64,000 nucleotides of DNA. Origin: Candidatus Bathyarchaeia archaeon (lineage in GTDB: Bacteria > Patescibacteriota > Microgenomatia > PFEM01 > JAFGMK01). Below are positions 9,065 through 19,462 of this stretch, one piece after another. A model generated the notes under the pieces. The model was given only the letters and a program-made list of their open reading frames with translations, did not search any database and was not told the DNA's origin. Made by a program: the position numbers and the translations under genes. The stretch covers positions 314,961 through 378,960 of the forward strand of contig DATKWK010000017.1 of NCBI GenBank assembly GCA_035529595.1, given 5' to 3'. The first letter of the stretch is position 1, and the number at the start of each line of letters is the position of its first letter.

Positions 9065-10291
9065 ATGGTTAATTTTAAAAAATTAATTAATAGCCGGAAA
9101 AAAATCATTATTTTGGTGATTCTTTTATTAATTGGCGGGTTTGCTGCTTGGCGCATTTTAGGAAAGAGGGAAGATAAAACTCAATATCAGACAGTCCAAG
9201 TTGAGCGCGGTATGATCATTTCTTCAGTTTCTGCCTCCGGTCAGGTATTAAGCGTCAATATCATGAGCGCTAATACTAAGGCCTCAGGGATTGTTAAAAA
9301 GGTTTATGTCAAGGACGGCGATCAGGTTAAAAAAGGTGACAAAATCCTTGAAATAGATCTTGATTTTCAGGGAGAACAAAAGAACACCCAAGCTTGGTCT
9401 TCTTATTTATCGGCTAAAAATAGTCTGGAATCGACCAAGGTGACTCTTTATAGTCTTGATTCAGCGATGTGGGCTGCTAATAGAAAGTTAATTAATGACG
9501 CGGTTGCTCGTGGTTTGACGGTTGACGATCCGACCTACATTCAGCAGCATGATGACTGGTTAGCCGCAGAAGCAAAATATATCAACCAAAAAGCGGCGAT
9601 TAATCAATCTCAAGTGGCTCTTTCCAATAGCTGGTTAAGCTATAAACTAACTTCGCCGGTAATTACCGCTCCAACCGACGGTGTGGTTACCAGTCTGATG
9701 TATACCGAAGGGATGAGTATCGGTTCCCTGGATACGGGTTCGGCTGAATCAAACCAGAAAATCGCTACGATTCAGACCGAAGGTTTGCCGGTTATTTCGG
9801 TTAATCTCTCCGAGATTGATGTTTCCCGGGTCACGTTGGGTAAAAAAGCAACGATTATTTTAGACAGTATTGCCGATAAAACCTTTACCGGGGAAGTTAA
9901 GGGCGTTGACCGGATTGGTCAGACGGCCAGTGGTGTTACCCAATACCCGGCGATTATAAAACTTGATTCTTCCTCAGTAGAGATTTTACCGAATATGAAA
10001 GTTACGACTAATATTGTTCTTGACCGGAAGGATGATGTTTTGCTGGTACCTTCAAGTGCGGTTCAGAGTCAGAACGGCCAAAATTATGTCCAGGTGATTT
10101 TAGATGACCAACCGCAATCTGTTTTGGTAACCACGGGTTTGACTTCTGATACTCAGACAGAAATTATCTCCGGTGTGAAAGAGGGGGATAAGGTTATTTC
10201 CGGAAGCGTTTCTTCTTCCAGCCAGCAGCAGAACGGCGGATCGCCTTTTGGATCTTCCGGAATGGGCGGTATGATGAGAATAGTCCATTAG
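9065..10291 (+). CDS. efflux transporter periplasmic adaptor subunit (HlyD/MacA family)
   Basis: N-terminal TM anchor, biotinyl-lipoyl-like hairpin (KVYVKDGDQVKKGDKILEID), beta-barrel and MP domains. ATG at 9065 is preferred over the upstream ORF start. Confidence 0.75.
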   Translation: MVNFKKLINSRKKIIILVILLLIGGFAAWRILGKREDKTQYQTVQVERGMIISSVSASGQVLSVNIMSANTKASGIVKKVYVKDGDQVKKGDKILEIDLDFQGEQKNTQAWSSYLSAKNSLESTKVTLYSLDSAMWAANRKLINDAVARGLTVDDPTYIQQHDDWLAAEAKYINQKAAINQSQVALSNSWLSYKLTSPVITAPTDGVVTSLMYTEGMSIGSLDTGSAESNQKIATIQTEGLPVISVNLSEIDVSRVTLGKKATIILDSIADKTFTGEVKGVDRIGQTASGVTQYPAIIKLDSSSVEILPNMKVTTNIVLDRKDDVLLVPSSAVQSQNGQNYVQVILDDQPQSVLVTTGLTSDTQTEIISGVKEGDKVISGSVSSSSQQQNGGSPFGSSGMGGMMRIVH

Positions 10292-10307
10292 CAATTCAGG
10301 AGAAAGT

Positions 10308-11015
10308 ATGATTAAAGTTTCTCATCTTACCAAGATTTACCAGACTGGCGAAGTTGAAGTCAGGGCTTTGGATGATGTCAGTTTTGAGATAAAAAAAGGC
10401 GAATTTGTAGCGGTCATGGGGCCTTCCGGTTCGGGCAAATCAACCTTAATGCATTTGCTCGGCGCTTTGGATGTTCCTACGAGTGGCGAATATCGGTTAA
10501 GTGGAGAGAATATCGCCGATCTTAATGATGATCAGCTAGCTGAAATCAGAAATAGGAGGATTGGTTTTGTCTTTCAAACTTACAATTTGCTTCCAAGAAC
10601 CACCGCTCTGAAAAATGTGACCGTGCCGATGATTTACGGTGATGTTCCTAAAGAAGAAAGAGAAGTAAGAGCCAAGAAACTCTTAGAGATGGTCGGCTTA
10701 GGAGATCGGCTTTTCCATAACCCCAATCAGCTTTCCGGTGGCCAACAGCAGCGGGTAGCGATTGCCCGGGCTTTAGCAATGGACCCGAGCATTATTCTGG
10801 CTGATGAACCGACCGGCAATATTGCCACCAAGCAGGCTGAAGAAATAATGCTGATTCTAGAAAGTTTAAACCGGCAGGGACATACCATTGTGATGATTAC
10901 CCATGAATCGGAAATAGCCGAGCATGCCAAAAGAATCATTCACGTCAGGGATGGCCGGATAATTGAGGATAAAAAGAACGGCCGACGGCGAATCTTGTTG
11001 AAGAAAACAGAATAG
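10308..11015 (+). CDS. ABC transporter ATP-binding protein (MacB-type)
   Basis: Walker [10 protein letters not shown], signature [15 protein letters not shown], Walker B ILADEPTG. Confidence 0.9.
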   Translation: MIKVSHLTKIYQTGEVEVRALDDVSFEIKKGEFVAVMGPSGSGKSTLMHLLGALDVPTSGEYRLSGENIADLNDDQLAEIRNRRIGFVFQTYNLLPRTTALKNVTVPMIYGDVPKEEREVRAKKLLEMVGLGDRLFHNPNQLSGGQQQRVAIARALAMDPSIILADEPTGNIATKQAEEIMLILESLNRQGHTIVMITHESEIAEHAKRIIHVRDGRIIEDKKNGRRRILLKKTE

Positions 11016-11036
11016 CTATACCGGAGGATTTGAGAT

Positions 11037-12260
11037 ATGGATTATCAGGAATTAACCTTGGAAAGCTTTGGAACGCTGGCCTTAAATAAAGTCAGAACTG
11101 GTCTGGCGATGTTAGGTGTCATTATTGGCATCGGCAGTGTAATTGCTCTGATATCTTTAGGTCAGGCCTCGCAAAAGTCGGTCGAAAATCAGATTAAGTC
11201 GTTAGGTTCAAATTTATTAACTATCAGTCCGGGAGCAAGAGTCAGCGAAGGAGTGCGGGGAGCGTTTGGGGGTGTGACTACCTTGAGCTATGATGATGCT
11301 AAAGCAATTAAAAATTCTTCCCAAGTTACCACGGTAAAAGAAGTCTCGGCCGAATTCCGAAGAAATAGCCAGGTCATCGCCGGTCGGAACAATACCAATA
11401 CTCAAGTATCCGGAGTTACCCCCGAATATTCAGCTATCAGGAATATTAACCTAACCTCGGGTTTATTTATCAGCGAGCAGAATCTGACAGGTATGAATCG
11501 AGTGGCCGTTTTAGGACCCCAAGTTGCTGCCGATTTGTTTGGGGAGGGCGTTAATCCGGTTGGTAAAACGATTCGAATTGACGGTACTGCTTTTAATGTC
11601 ATCGGCCTGACTGAAAGTAAAGGCGGCAGCGGACCGATGAACGATGACGATAAAATCTATGTTCCCTTAACTACTGCTCAAAAATTTATTTTTGGGGTGA
11701 ATTACGTCAATTCGATCTACGTTGAGGCTAAAAGCGAGAAGGTCATGGATCAAGCTCGTAATGAGATCGGCTATTTGCTTTTGGAAAGGCATAAACTGAC
11801 TGATCCAACGCTGGCTGACTTTTCGATTATGTCCCAGGAGGATATTCTCAGTACCGTTTCCCAGGTAACCGGAACCTTTACTACCTTACTATCAGGAATC
11901 GCGGCGATTTCTCTGGTTGTCGGCGGAATCGGAATCATGAATATTATGCTGGTGACGGTAACCGAACGGACTCGGGAGATTGGCCTTCGTAAAGCCTTGG
12001 GTGCCAAAAAGAAATGGATTACCGCCCAATTTTTGTTTGAAGCAGCTATAATAACCCTGGTTGGCGGATTGGTCGGCATTATCGTCGGAATTGGGGTTTC
12101 CTTTTTAATCTCCAAATCAATGGGTTTGCCACCGACGCTGTCTTTGTCCTCGATACTGCTGGCTTTTAGCGTTTCCGTAGCCATCGGGGTTTTGTTCGGC
12201 TGGTATCCGGCTCGCAAGGCGGCTGCGCTTGAACCAATCGAAGCCTTACGGTACGAATAG
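11037..12260 (+). CDS. ABC transporter permease (FtsX/MacB family with periplasmic domain)
   Basis: One N-terminal TM, a ~230-aa periplasmic domain, then three C-terminal TM helices (FtsX fold). 407 aa. Confidence 0.8.
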   Translation: MDYQELTLESFGTLALNKVRTGLAMLGVIIGIGSVIALISLGQASQKSVENQIKSLGSNLLTISPGARVSEGVRGAFGGVTTLSYDDAKAIKNSSQVTTVKEVSAEFRRNSQVIAGRNNTNTQVSGVTPEYSAIRNINLTSGLFISEQNLTGMNRVAVLGPQVAADLFGEGVNPVGKTIRIDGTAFNVIGLTESKGGSGPMNDDDKIYVPLTTAQKFIFGVNYVNSIYVEAKSEKVMDQARNEIGYLLLERHKLTDPTLADFSIMSQEDILSTVSQVTGTFTTLLSGIAAISLVVGGIGIMNIMLVTVTERTREIGLRKALGAKKKWITAQFLFEAAIITLVGGLVGIIVGIGVSFLISKSMGLPPTLSLSSILLAFSVSVAIGVLFGWYPARKAAALEPIEALRYE

Positions 12261-12302
12261 AAAATTTAAAGATGGGTGACAAAAAAAGGGGAGGTGATTA
12301 AA

Positions 12303-12782
12303 ATGTCCCAAACGGGAACTGAAAATGCTAAACCAAAAGGTTTGATAAAAACCATGAATTTTATAATGGTGTTTTTGGCAATTGCGATGGCTGTTGGCGG
12401 ATTTTTTGCCGGTATGAAATATCAACAAAGCCGAAGACCATCAATTGCTGACTTTCCCGGTAACGGCCGGTTTGGCCAAAGAGGATTGAATAACGATAAC
12501 GGGCAAAACCAGCAGCGTCCGGCCGGTTCGGCAATGGTCAGGGGAGAAATCATTAAGAAAGACGAGTCAACTATTACCGTTAAACTGGCGGATGACAGCA
12601 GTAAAATTGTATTTCTTTCTGAAAATACGGCCATCAACAAAGCAACTGAGGGTTCGGCTGATGATTTGGTCAGTGGTGGAGAGGTGATGGTTTTTGGAAA
12701 TACCAACTCTGACGGCAGCATCTCAGCCAGCCAAATTCAATTGAATTTCGGGTTGGAAAGCAACTTTAATCAGACTGATTAA
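12303..12782 (+). CDS. membrane-anchored hypothetical protein
   Basis: Strong RBS aaggggaggtg 6 nt before the ATG at 12303. One TM helix, then a Gly/Asn/Gln-rich low-complexity region. Confidence 0.4.
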   Translation: MSQTGTENAKPKGLIKTMNFIMVFLAIAMAVGGFFAGMKYQQSRRPSIADFPGNGRFGQRGLNNDNGQNQQRPAGSAMVRGEIIKKDESTITVKLADDSSKIVFLSENTAINKATEGSADDLVSGGEVMVFGNTNSDGSISASQIQLNFGLESNFNQTD

Positions 12783-13146
12783 GATCCGCTTAGTATTTCT
12801 AGTGTTTTGATTTCAACTTTTTCACTGGTTTTTCAAGATAAGTAATATCTGACACGCCGGGTATATTGTCGGTTAACACTCCAGGTTAACAGTAGTAATT
12901 ATCGTCCTCTGTAAGAGTTCAGTATTACTGACACAGATAGCCTTAAGACACCCCCGAGGTGAAATATTAAGACACCTCGGAGTGGAGGGATTCTAAACTG
13001 TTACCTATTGTATTTTCTCTGGTGAATTCGATTATGTTAAAATGTATTTATGAAGCTGGTTCTTTACAGCGAGATTTTAGCTGGAAATTATGCGATCGAC
13101 GAAGACGCTCAGGAAAAGAGTTTAATATCGTTTAGCTGATAGTTTT

Positions 13147-13698
13147 ATGCAACTATTATTGCTGCCGGGAAATAGTTTCCACAACAAAGAATGGATCGAG
13201 GCGATCAAAGCTGTTCTTGAAGATAATTTCGACCTGGTAAAGATCCAATACTATCATCACTGGGAGACAGGTAAAGGCATGATTGATTTTGACTTTGAAC
13301 TTGAGGAACTGGTAAAAACCGCCGAAGATCTAAAAGATTATCTTATTTTTGGTAAATCGGCCGGAGTCCTACTGGCGCTCCGGGCGATTTATGAGAAAAA
13401 AATTGTTCCTCGAAAGTGTATTTTTGTCGGTAGTGCTGTTTGGTGGGGCAAAGGACTGGGATTGCCGCTTGATTTGTGGCTAAAAAACTTGACTGTTCCG
13501 GCTTTGTTTATCCAAAAAAGTTATGATCCGGCGATCCCTTTCAAGGAGCTTGAAAAACTCCTAAAAGTATTAAAACTAAAAAATTTCCAGTTGGCTGAAG
13601 TCCCTGGTAATGACCATGTTTACCGAGAACTTCATCAGCTTAAAAGTATCGTTCTTCCTTTTCTGAATATTACTTCAGAATATGCCGAGCAAGCATAA
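13147..13698 (+). CDS. alpha/beta-fold serine hydrolase (YdeN/RBBP9-like)
   Basis: GxSxG-type nucleophile elbow FGKSAG, a late His (NDHVY), and about 180 aa. Confidence 0.45.
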   Translation: MQLLLLPGNSFHNKEWIEAIKAVLEDNFDLVKIQYYHHWETGKGMIDFDFELEELVKTAEDLKDYLIFGKSAGVLLALRAIYEKKIVPRKCIFVGSAVWWGKGLGLPLDLWLKNLTVPALFIQKSYDPAIPFKELEKLLKVLKLKNFQLAEVPGNDHVYRELHQLKSIVLPFLNITSEYAEQA

Positions 13699-13719
13699 AG
13701 TTAGTTTTTTGATATAAAT

Positions 13720-14391
13720 ATGAAAAAATCAATCGAAATTGAGCTAAAATTTGAGATCTTGGATCCATCGCAGATCGAACATTTTTTAGAATCTTTAAAG
13801 TTCGTTTTAAAAAAAAGAATCGTTGATGTTTATTTGGATACGCCAGACGCTAATTTATTTAAACAAGGCATTTTCATCAGAATCCGTAATAATAAAAAAC
13901 TGGATTTTAAGTTTAACCCTAAACACTTCGGTGGGCACGGAAGTTATTGCCTGCACGATCATTGCCAGGAACTGTCTTTCGCTTTACCTTTAAAAACTGA
14001 TGCCGTCGCCGCAGCCAACCGAATATGTTCGGTTTTAGGTCTTAAAAAAATAATCGATCCCAATTTGGCCGGATTAAAGCAGGCGAATCATTTAATTGAA
14101 TCGGTGGTTATTGATAAGTTGAGGAGGAGTTATCAAGATAGTAAATTTAGTTATGATTTAGATGATGTTAAAAATTTAGGTCTTTTTTTGGAAATAGAAT
14201 CTTTAGTTTCGACTGATGAGAATATTGAAAAAATAAAAAAAGAAATGATTACTAGATTGAAAAATTTAAAAATTAAACATCTCAATGTTGGTTATAATGA
14301 AATTTATTGGCGAAAACATAATTTTAATCTTTATCTTCAGGGACTTTATCTGCTTGAGGAAGATTACCAAAAATATCGCCAAGGAAAATAG
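13720..14391 (+). CDS. CYTH-domain protein (triphosphate tunnel metalloenzyme, CyaB/ThTPase-like)
   Basis: N-terminal IEIELKF, which is the ExExK signature, with alternating charged beta-strands. Confidence 0.55.
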   Translation: MKKSIEIELKFEILDPSQIEHFLESLKFVLKKRIVDVYLDTPDANLFKQGIFIRIRNNKKLDFKFNPKHFGGHGSYCLHDHCQELSFALPLKTDAVAAANRICSVLGLKKIIDPNLAGLKQANHLIESVVIDKLRRSYQDSKFSYDLDDVKNLGLFLEIESLVSTDENIEKIKKEMITRLKNLKIKHLNVGYNEIYWRKHNFNLYLQGLYLLEEDYQKYRQGK

Positions 14392-14426
14392 CTTCTTCGT
14401 ATCCGAATGATATTTGATGCAATATT

Positions 14427-15176
14427 ATGATGATTACTATTTCTACCATCCATGACCCGCAAGGTATATTTCTGCCTTTAATTGGGAAGGTAAAACAGGA
14501 TTTAGAGGTTAATTTTTGTGGTACTGTAGTTGCCTATACAGCGGAAACTTCAATTACGGTTATTAAGACTTTAGAAAAGTTTAAATTAAACCCAATTTTA
14601 GGCGGTCTTTGGGGAGAAGCCAGAAAAAAAGCTTTATCTGAGGCTTTGAAATCAACTAGTGATTTTATCTTTGTTTGTGATTTTGACAAAATCCTGCATT
14701 GGCTGCTGACCGCCAAGAGTGAATTAAAAACACTTTTAAAAGTGAATCCCGAAGCTGATTATCTGATTTTGGGAAGAAGTGGCAGAACGATGGCCACTTA
14801 TCCCTTATCTTGGGTAAAAACCGAATCAATTACCAGTCACCTTATCAGTAAGATTCTTGGTTTTCCGGTTGATGCTTTGACTGCTGCTGCCATTTTAAAT
14901 CGTCGAAGTGGAGAAAAAATCGCCAGAAGTTCATGTGAAGCAAGTTGGGGTTCTTGTATCGAATGGCCGTTGATTGTTCATGCAGCAGAGCTTGATATTT
15001 CTTATCAGGAAGCTAAAGGTCTGACTTGGGAAGATCCGGATCGTTTCCGTCAAGAGATAAAAAATTGTGCTAGTCTAAACAAGTGGCAGCAGGAAAAATA
15101 CGACTCGTTTAGTGAATGGGAAAGAAGAATATCTATATTAGAGCAACAGTGGCAAGTGGTCAATAGATTTTCCTAA
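14427..15176 (+). CDS. hypothetical protein
   Basis: 249-aa ORF in coding-like context. No family recognised. Confidence 0.35.
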   Translation: MMITISTIHDPQGIFLPLIGKVKQDLEVNFCGTVVAYTAETSITVIKTLEKFKLNPILGGLWGEARKKALSEALKSTSDFIFVCDFDKILHWLLTAKSELKTLLKVNPEADYLILGRSGRTMATYPLSWVKTESITSHLISKILGFPVDALTAAAILNRRSGEKIARSSCEASWGSCIEWPLIVHAAELDISYQEAKGLTWEDPDRFRQEIKNCASLNKWQQEKYDSFSEWERRISILEQQWQVVNRFS

Positions 15177-15182
15177 TAAAAA

Positions 15183-16184
15183 ATGCGTCTAGACTATTTG
15201 AAAGAGATTTTTAAAAATCAACCTTCTTATCGCCTGAAACAAATCAAGCAGGCAATTTTTAAGGACTTGGTTGAAAATTGGTCCCAAGTCACGACTTTAC
15301 CGTTATCTCTAAGAGCAGAACTCAACCAAAAAACTCCTTTAACAACCGAAGGAACGATTTTTGCGGCCCAAAACAGTCAAGTTATCAAAGCCTTAATTAC
15401 CTTGAGCGATGGAGAAAAAATCGAAACGGTGTTAATGCGCTATGCAAACGGACGCAATACCGTTTGTCTTTCATCCCAAGTCGGCTGTTCGTTGAAATGT
15501 GTGTTTTGTGCTACCGGGAAAATGGGTTTTAAAAGGAATTTAACGTCTTGGGAAATTGTTTTACAAGCTTTATTTTTCGCCCGTTTCTTGAAGAAAAATG
15601 ATCCAAACTCTAAAGGTGTAACCAATGTCGTCTTTATGGGAATGGGTGAGCCGTTTTTAAATTACGAGAACGTCTTGGAATCAATCCGGGTTTTAAATGA
15701 TAAAGATGGTTTCAATTTAGGTATCCGTCATATCTCAATCTCCACTGTCGGTATCACTAAAGGGATTCGTAAACTTGCCGGTGAAAATCTGGGTATTAAT
15801 TTAGCTATTTCCCTTCACGCTCCAACTGACCAGTTGCGCCAAGAATTAATACCTGTCAACCAAAAATATCCCTTAAAAAAAGTTCTTTCTGCGGTTGAGG
15901 ATTATATCAGTAAAACCCATCGTAAAGTCATGTTTGAGTACGTCATGATAAAGGGGGTTAATGATTCTGATGAAGATGCTTACCGACTGGCTATTCTCGT
16001 TAAGGGAAAATTAGCGATGGTCAATCTAATTGCTTATAATCCAACCGGTATTTTCAAACCCTCTTCATCGGACCGAATCCGAAACTTCAGAAATATTCTT
16101 GAGCAAAAGGGAATTGCGGTTACACAACGCTTCCGCTTCGGACGCCGTATCAGGGCTGCCTGCGGTCAATTGGCGGTAAAATAG
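15183..16184 (+). CDS. rlmN: 23S rRNA (adenine2503-C2)/tRNA methyltransferase, radical SAM
   Basis: CxxxCxxC radical-SAM motif (CSLKCVFCATG), MGMGEP, and C-terminal Cys. Length and order match RlmN. Confidence 0.85.
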   Translation: MRLDYLKEIFKNQPSYRLKQIKQAIFKDLVENWSQVTTLPLSLRAELNQKTPLTTEGTIFAAQNSQVIKALITLSDGEKIETVLMRYANGRNTVCLSSQVGCSLKCVFCATGKMGFKRNLTSWEIVLQALFFARFLKKNDPNSKGVTNVVFMGMGEPFLNYENVLESIRVLNDKDGFNLGIRHISISTVGITKGIRKLAGENLGINLAISLHAPTDQLRQELIPVNQKYPLKKVLSAVEDYISKTHRKVMFEYVMIKGVNDSDEDAYRLAILVKGKLAMVNLIAYNPTGIFKPSSSDRIRNFRNILEQKGIAVTQRFRFGRRIRAACGQLAVK

Positions 16185-16221
16185 TACTTGACAGTTCTTC
16201 TTAAAAACTATAATTTTAACT

Positions 16222-16352
16222 AATTGTCCAGAGTGGCGATGAGGGAGCTAGCCCGTTTGAGTCGCCCAGCAACCGAATTCCGACCTAAAGTCGTATATTA
16301 CGGTGCTAACTCTAGCCCGAAGAGGGAAAGACATGGTCTATTTAGGACAAAA
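16222..16352 (+). ncRNA. SAM-I (S-box) riboswitch aptamer, candidate
   Basis: Follows a TTGACA-N17-TATAAT promoter (16187-16215). P1 is UUGUCC (16225-16230) paired with GGACAA (16345-16350). Internal GAUGAGGGA, GCUAGCCC, GCCCAGCAACC and GGUGCUAAC match conserved SAM-I blocks. Lies immediately 5' of metK. Confidence 0.55.
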
Positions 16353-16365
16353 GAATGTTAGAAAC

Positions 16366-16391
16366 TGGCCTCTCTTCGGGGAGGTTTTTTT
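16366..16391 (+). terminator. intrinsic terminator (riboswitch expression platform)
   Basis: GGCCUCUC-UUCG-GGGAGG hairpin with a UUCG tetraloop followed by U7. Located 45 nt upstream of the metK ATG. Confidence 0.6.
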
Positions 16392-16435
16392 AATATCGGA
16401 GCTGCTGATTATTTTTAACTCTATTAGGAGGATTC

Positions 16436-17548
16436 ATGAATTACTCTGTCTTTGCTTCCGAGTCGGTTTGTGCCGGTCATCCGGATAAAATTTGCGATCA
16501 GATTTCTGATGCGGTTTTGGACGCGGCTTATCAACAAGATTCTAATTCTCACACCGGAATTGAGTGTTTGGTGACCACCGATCGGGTGGTTGTCTCTGGT
16601 GAAGTTAAAACAGCGGCTAAAATAGACTATGAAACAATCGCCCGTAAAATCGTTAAGGATTTAGGTTACGATCAGCCTCTTTATCATTTTGATTACCACA
16701 CTGCTCGAGTAGACATTCTCGTGCACCAGCAATCACCGGATATATCCCTGGGTGTTGACCCCGGAGGTGCTGGTGATCAGGGAATGATGTTTGGCTATGC
16801 CTGTCGTGAGACAGATGAACTGATGCCGATGCCGATTATGATTGCCCATGCCTTAGTGGAGAAAATGGACGAGCTTAAAAGCGCCGAACTGCCCTATTTA
16901 CGCCCGGACGGTAAAAGCGAGGTCGTCGTCAGCTACGATAATGGTCGGCCAATTGCGGTTGAGGCAGTAGTTTTAGCCGTTCCGCATGATCCCAAGATCG
17001 AGAACAAACAGGCTAAGAATGATTTATATCATCAGGCGGTGATACCGGTTTTAGAACGGTTTCATCAAAAACCGGTCAAGCCGAACAAGGTGGTTCTTAA
17101 TGGCACCGGTAAATGGGAGATTGGTGGCCCGCATTCGGATATGGGCGAAACGGGACGAAAAATTATCGTTGATTCTTACGGGGGCATGGCTCGGGTTGGT
17201 GGTGGTTGTTTTTCCGGTAAGGATGTTACTAAAGTAGATCGCAGTGGTGCTTATGGGGCTCGATACCTTGCCAAAAATATTGTTGCTGCCGGCTTGGCTG
17301 ATAGATGTGAAGTTCAGGTGGCTTACGTCATTGGCCATCGGGAACCGATAGCCAGGGCAATTGAAACTTTTGGGACTGCCAAAGAATCACAGAGGATAAT
17401 TGAAAATTATGCTTGGCGATTACTGGATATGTCAGTTGCCGGAATCATAAACGGTTTGAATCTGCGGCAACCGATATATAACAAAACTGCCCGTTACGGT
17501 CATTTTGGCCATCCGGAGTATCCCTGGGAGCAAATTGTTTCCGTATGA
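16436..17548 (+). CDS. metK: S-adenosylmethionine synthetase
   Basis: SESVCAGHPDKICDQISDAVLDA and GGAGDQGMMFGYA hallmarks. RBS taggagga. Confidence 0.95.
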   Translation: MNYSVFASESVCAGHPDKICDQISDAVLDAAYQQDSNSHTGIECLVTTDRVVVSGEVKTAAKIDYETIARKIVKDLGYDQPLYHFDYHTARVDILVHQQSPDISLGVDPGGAGDQGMMFGYACRETDELMPMPIMIAHALVEKMDELKSAELPYLRPDGKSEVVVSYDNGRPIAVEAVVLAVPHDPKIENKQAKNDLYHQAVIPVLERFHQKPVKPNKVVLNGTGKWEIGGPHSDMGETGRKIIVDSYGGMARVGGGCFSGKDVTKVDRSGAYGARYLAKNIVAAGLADRCEVQVAYVIGHREPIARAIETFGTAKESQRIIENYAWRLLDMSVAGIINGLNLRQPIYNKTARYGHFGHPEYPWEQIVSV

Positions 17549-17562
17549 GAAAACAATTTTGC

Positions 17563-18879
17563 CTAATTTAGCCTGCCCATCAGCATCGGGGAGTTAAGCC
17601 GCTTCCTGTCGGTTTCTCCTTTAAGAAGATCCTTTTTTCTTGCCGGTATGTCTCCGCGGTCGCTTTGATGTTGGGGCGTTTTACAAGCAAGGCAACTGGT
17701 TCCTAAGTAAATAGTGTGTTTACCGTATTTTCCGCTTAAAAGATCAAGACTTTGGTAGATTTTAGTCATTCTTTCAAAAGTAAAAGGTTTTTCAAATAGG
17801 CTGATTTGAACTTGGTGATCTTCCATTAATTTAGTCAGAACGACACCGGTCAGACGATAAAAAAGACAAGGTTTATAAATCTGGTTGATGACCAGATTAA
17901 GGCTTTTGATAATTTCGTTCGGGAAAGCCGTCGGCCGGGTAAACTTTACCCCGACTCCCAAAGTTTCAAATGTCTGAGTTCTTAGCAGGAAGATTGCCTC
18001 CCGGGCTAGCAGATGGTGACGCCGGGCCTTGATGCAGGCGTTCTCAATGTTTTTTGAAAGCTGGCTGAGGACAAAATCACGATTATCCGAAGGCGGAGTA
18101 AAAGTTTTGAATTTTTGAATTGAGGCCCAGGTTTCTTTCTCTTCGATTTCCAGAGGGAAGATGAACTGGCCGTTTAATTCCTGCCAGATTTCCCAAATCG
18201 GTTTGGTAAATCTTTTTTTGATCCAACTTTCTTCCTTGCGCGCCAATTCCAGGGCAGTGAAAACGCCCAGTTTGGCAAGATAAGCGCTTGTTTGGCTGCC
18301 GATACCCCAAATTTTATCGACCGGTAATTTCTCCAAAAAAAGATGAATTTTTCTGCCGGGGATAACCGTTAGACCGGCCGGTTTCTGCCAGTTGCTGGCA
18401 ATTTTGGCGACCACTTTATTTGGTCCGAGGCCAATTGAAAAAGTAAAACCAAGTTCTTCCTTCAGCCTCTTTTGAATCTCAGTTACTATTTGGATATAGT
18501 TCATCCGCAGCGGCTGGCGTAAGCCGGTCAGGTCGGCGAAGCATTCGTCAATGCTATACTCCTCAACCTCTGGCGTAAACCGGCGGACAATCGCAAAAAA
18601 TCTTTGGGAAAGAAGACTGTAAGTTTCATAATCGGAAGGCAAAAAGATGGCTTGGGGGCAAATCTTTTTAATTTCTGAAAATCTCATTGCTCGGATGACG
18701 CCGGCGGCTTTAGCTTCATAGCTTAAAGAAGCGGCAATTCCCCGTTCCCTGCCGGTGACTACCGGCTTGCCTTTCAGTTGGGGGTGACGCGATTGTTCAC
18801 AGGAAGCAAAAAAAGCATCACCATCAATATGAATAATCGCTCGGGGGAAGGAAGAGACAGTTAAAGGTTGGTTGTTCAT
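17563..18879 (-). CDS. Y-family DNA polymerase (DinB/UmuC-like)
   Basis: N-terminal IIHIDGDAFFASCEQ and 438 aa overall. Overlaps the lexA stop (ATGA), consistent with an operon. Confidence 0.85.
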   Translation of the reverse strand: MNNQPLTVSSFPRAIIHIDGDAFFASCEQSRHPQLKGKPVVTGRERGIAASLSYEAKAAGVIRAMRFSEIKKICPQAIFLPSDYETYSLLSQRFFAIVRRFTPEVEEYSIDECFADLTGLRQPLRMNYIQIVTEIQKRLKEELGFTFSIGLGPNKVVAKIASNWQKPAGLTVIPGRKIHLFLEKLPVDKIWGIGSQTSAYLAKLGVFTALELARKEESWIKKRFTKPIWEIWQELNGQFIFPLEIEEKETWASIQKFKTFTPPSDNRDFVLSQLSKNIENACIKARRHHLLAREAIFLLRTQTFETLGVGVKFTRPTAFPNEIIKSLNLVINQIYKPCLFYRLTGVVLTKLMEDHQVQISLFEKPFTFERMTKIYQSLDLLSGKYGKHTIYLGTSCLACKTPQHQSDRGDIPARKKDLLKGETDRKRLNSPMLMGRLN

Positions 18880-19448
18880 TAGTATTTTCTGATCACTGCT
18901 TTGACTACCGCCGTGATGTTAAGTTCTTCTTTAGGAACAATGGCCTGGTATTTTTTGTTGGCTGGTGCCAGATAGGCTTTTCCCTGTTTTCTTTGGAAAT
19001 ATTTAATTGTCCATTCCCGGTCGACTTCGGCGATAACGATATCGCCGTCTTTCGGTTCACAGCCTCGCTGGGCCAGCACCAGATCGCCCGGCATAATACC
19101 AGCTTCAATCATTGAGTCGCCGGTGACTTTTAAGATATAGGTCGCTTGACTGTTTTCGACCAGGTAGCTTTCAAGGCTGATGGTGTCGGTCAGTTCTTCT
19201 TCGGCTGGCGAGGGGAAACCGGCTTCGATAGTTCCCAAAAGGGGAACTTGGCCGAAAAGACGGCCGGGAAGGATTTTGCCACTTTTATCTTTTTCGATCA
19301 GGCCAAGACTAATCAGTTTTTTAACCAGTTTATAAACGGCATTTTTTGACCGGAAACCAGCTAAATTCATAATCTCCCGGTAGCTGGGCATTCTTTGGTG
19401 CTTTCGGTAGAAGTCGGCGATTTGAAGATAGTATTTGTTTTTAATCAT
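18879..19448 (-). CDS. lexA: LexA repressor (winged-HTH plus S24 peptidase)
   Basis: N-terminal DNA-binding domain (MPSYREIMNLAGFRSKNAVYKLVKKL). C-terminus carries GDSM and the catalytic Lys. The ATG at 19446 is preferred over the GTG at 19478, which lies inside the operator. Confidence 0.85.
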   Translation of the reverse strand: MIKNKYYLQIADFYRKHQRMPSYREIMNLAGFRSKNAVYKLVKKLISLGLIEKDKSGKILPGRLFGQVPLLGTIEAGFPSPAEEELTDTISLESYLVENSQATYILKVTGDSMIEAGIMPGDLVLAQRGCEPKDGDIVIAEVDREWTIKYFQRKQGKAYLAPANKKYQAIVPKEELNITAVVKAVIRKY

Positions 19449-19462
19449 AGATTGTAGTTTAA

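Noticed and set aside
16303-16488. 61-aa ORF overlapping the metK leader
   Set aside because: It lies within the riboswitch aptamer and terminator and reads through the metK start in another frame. It is a spurious ORF.
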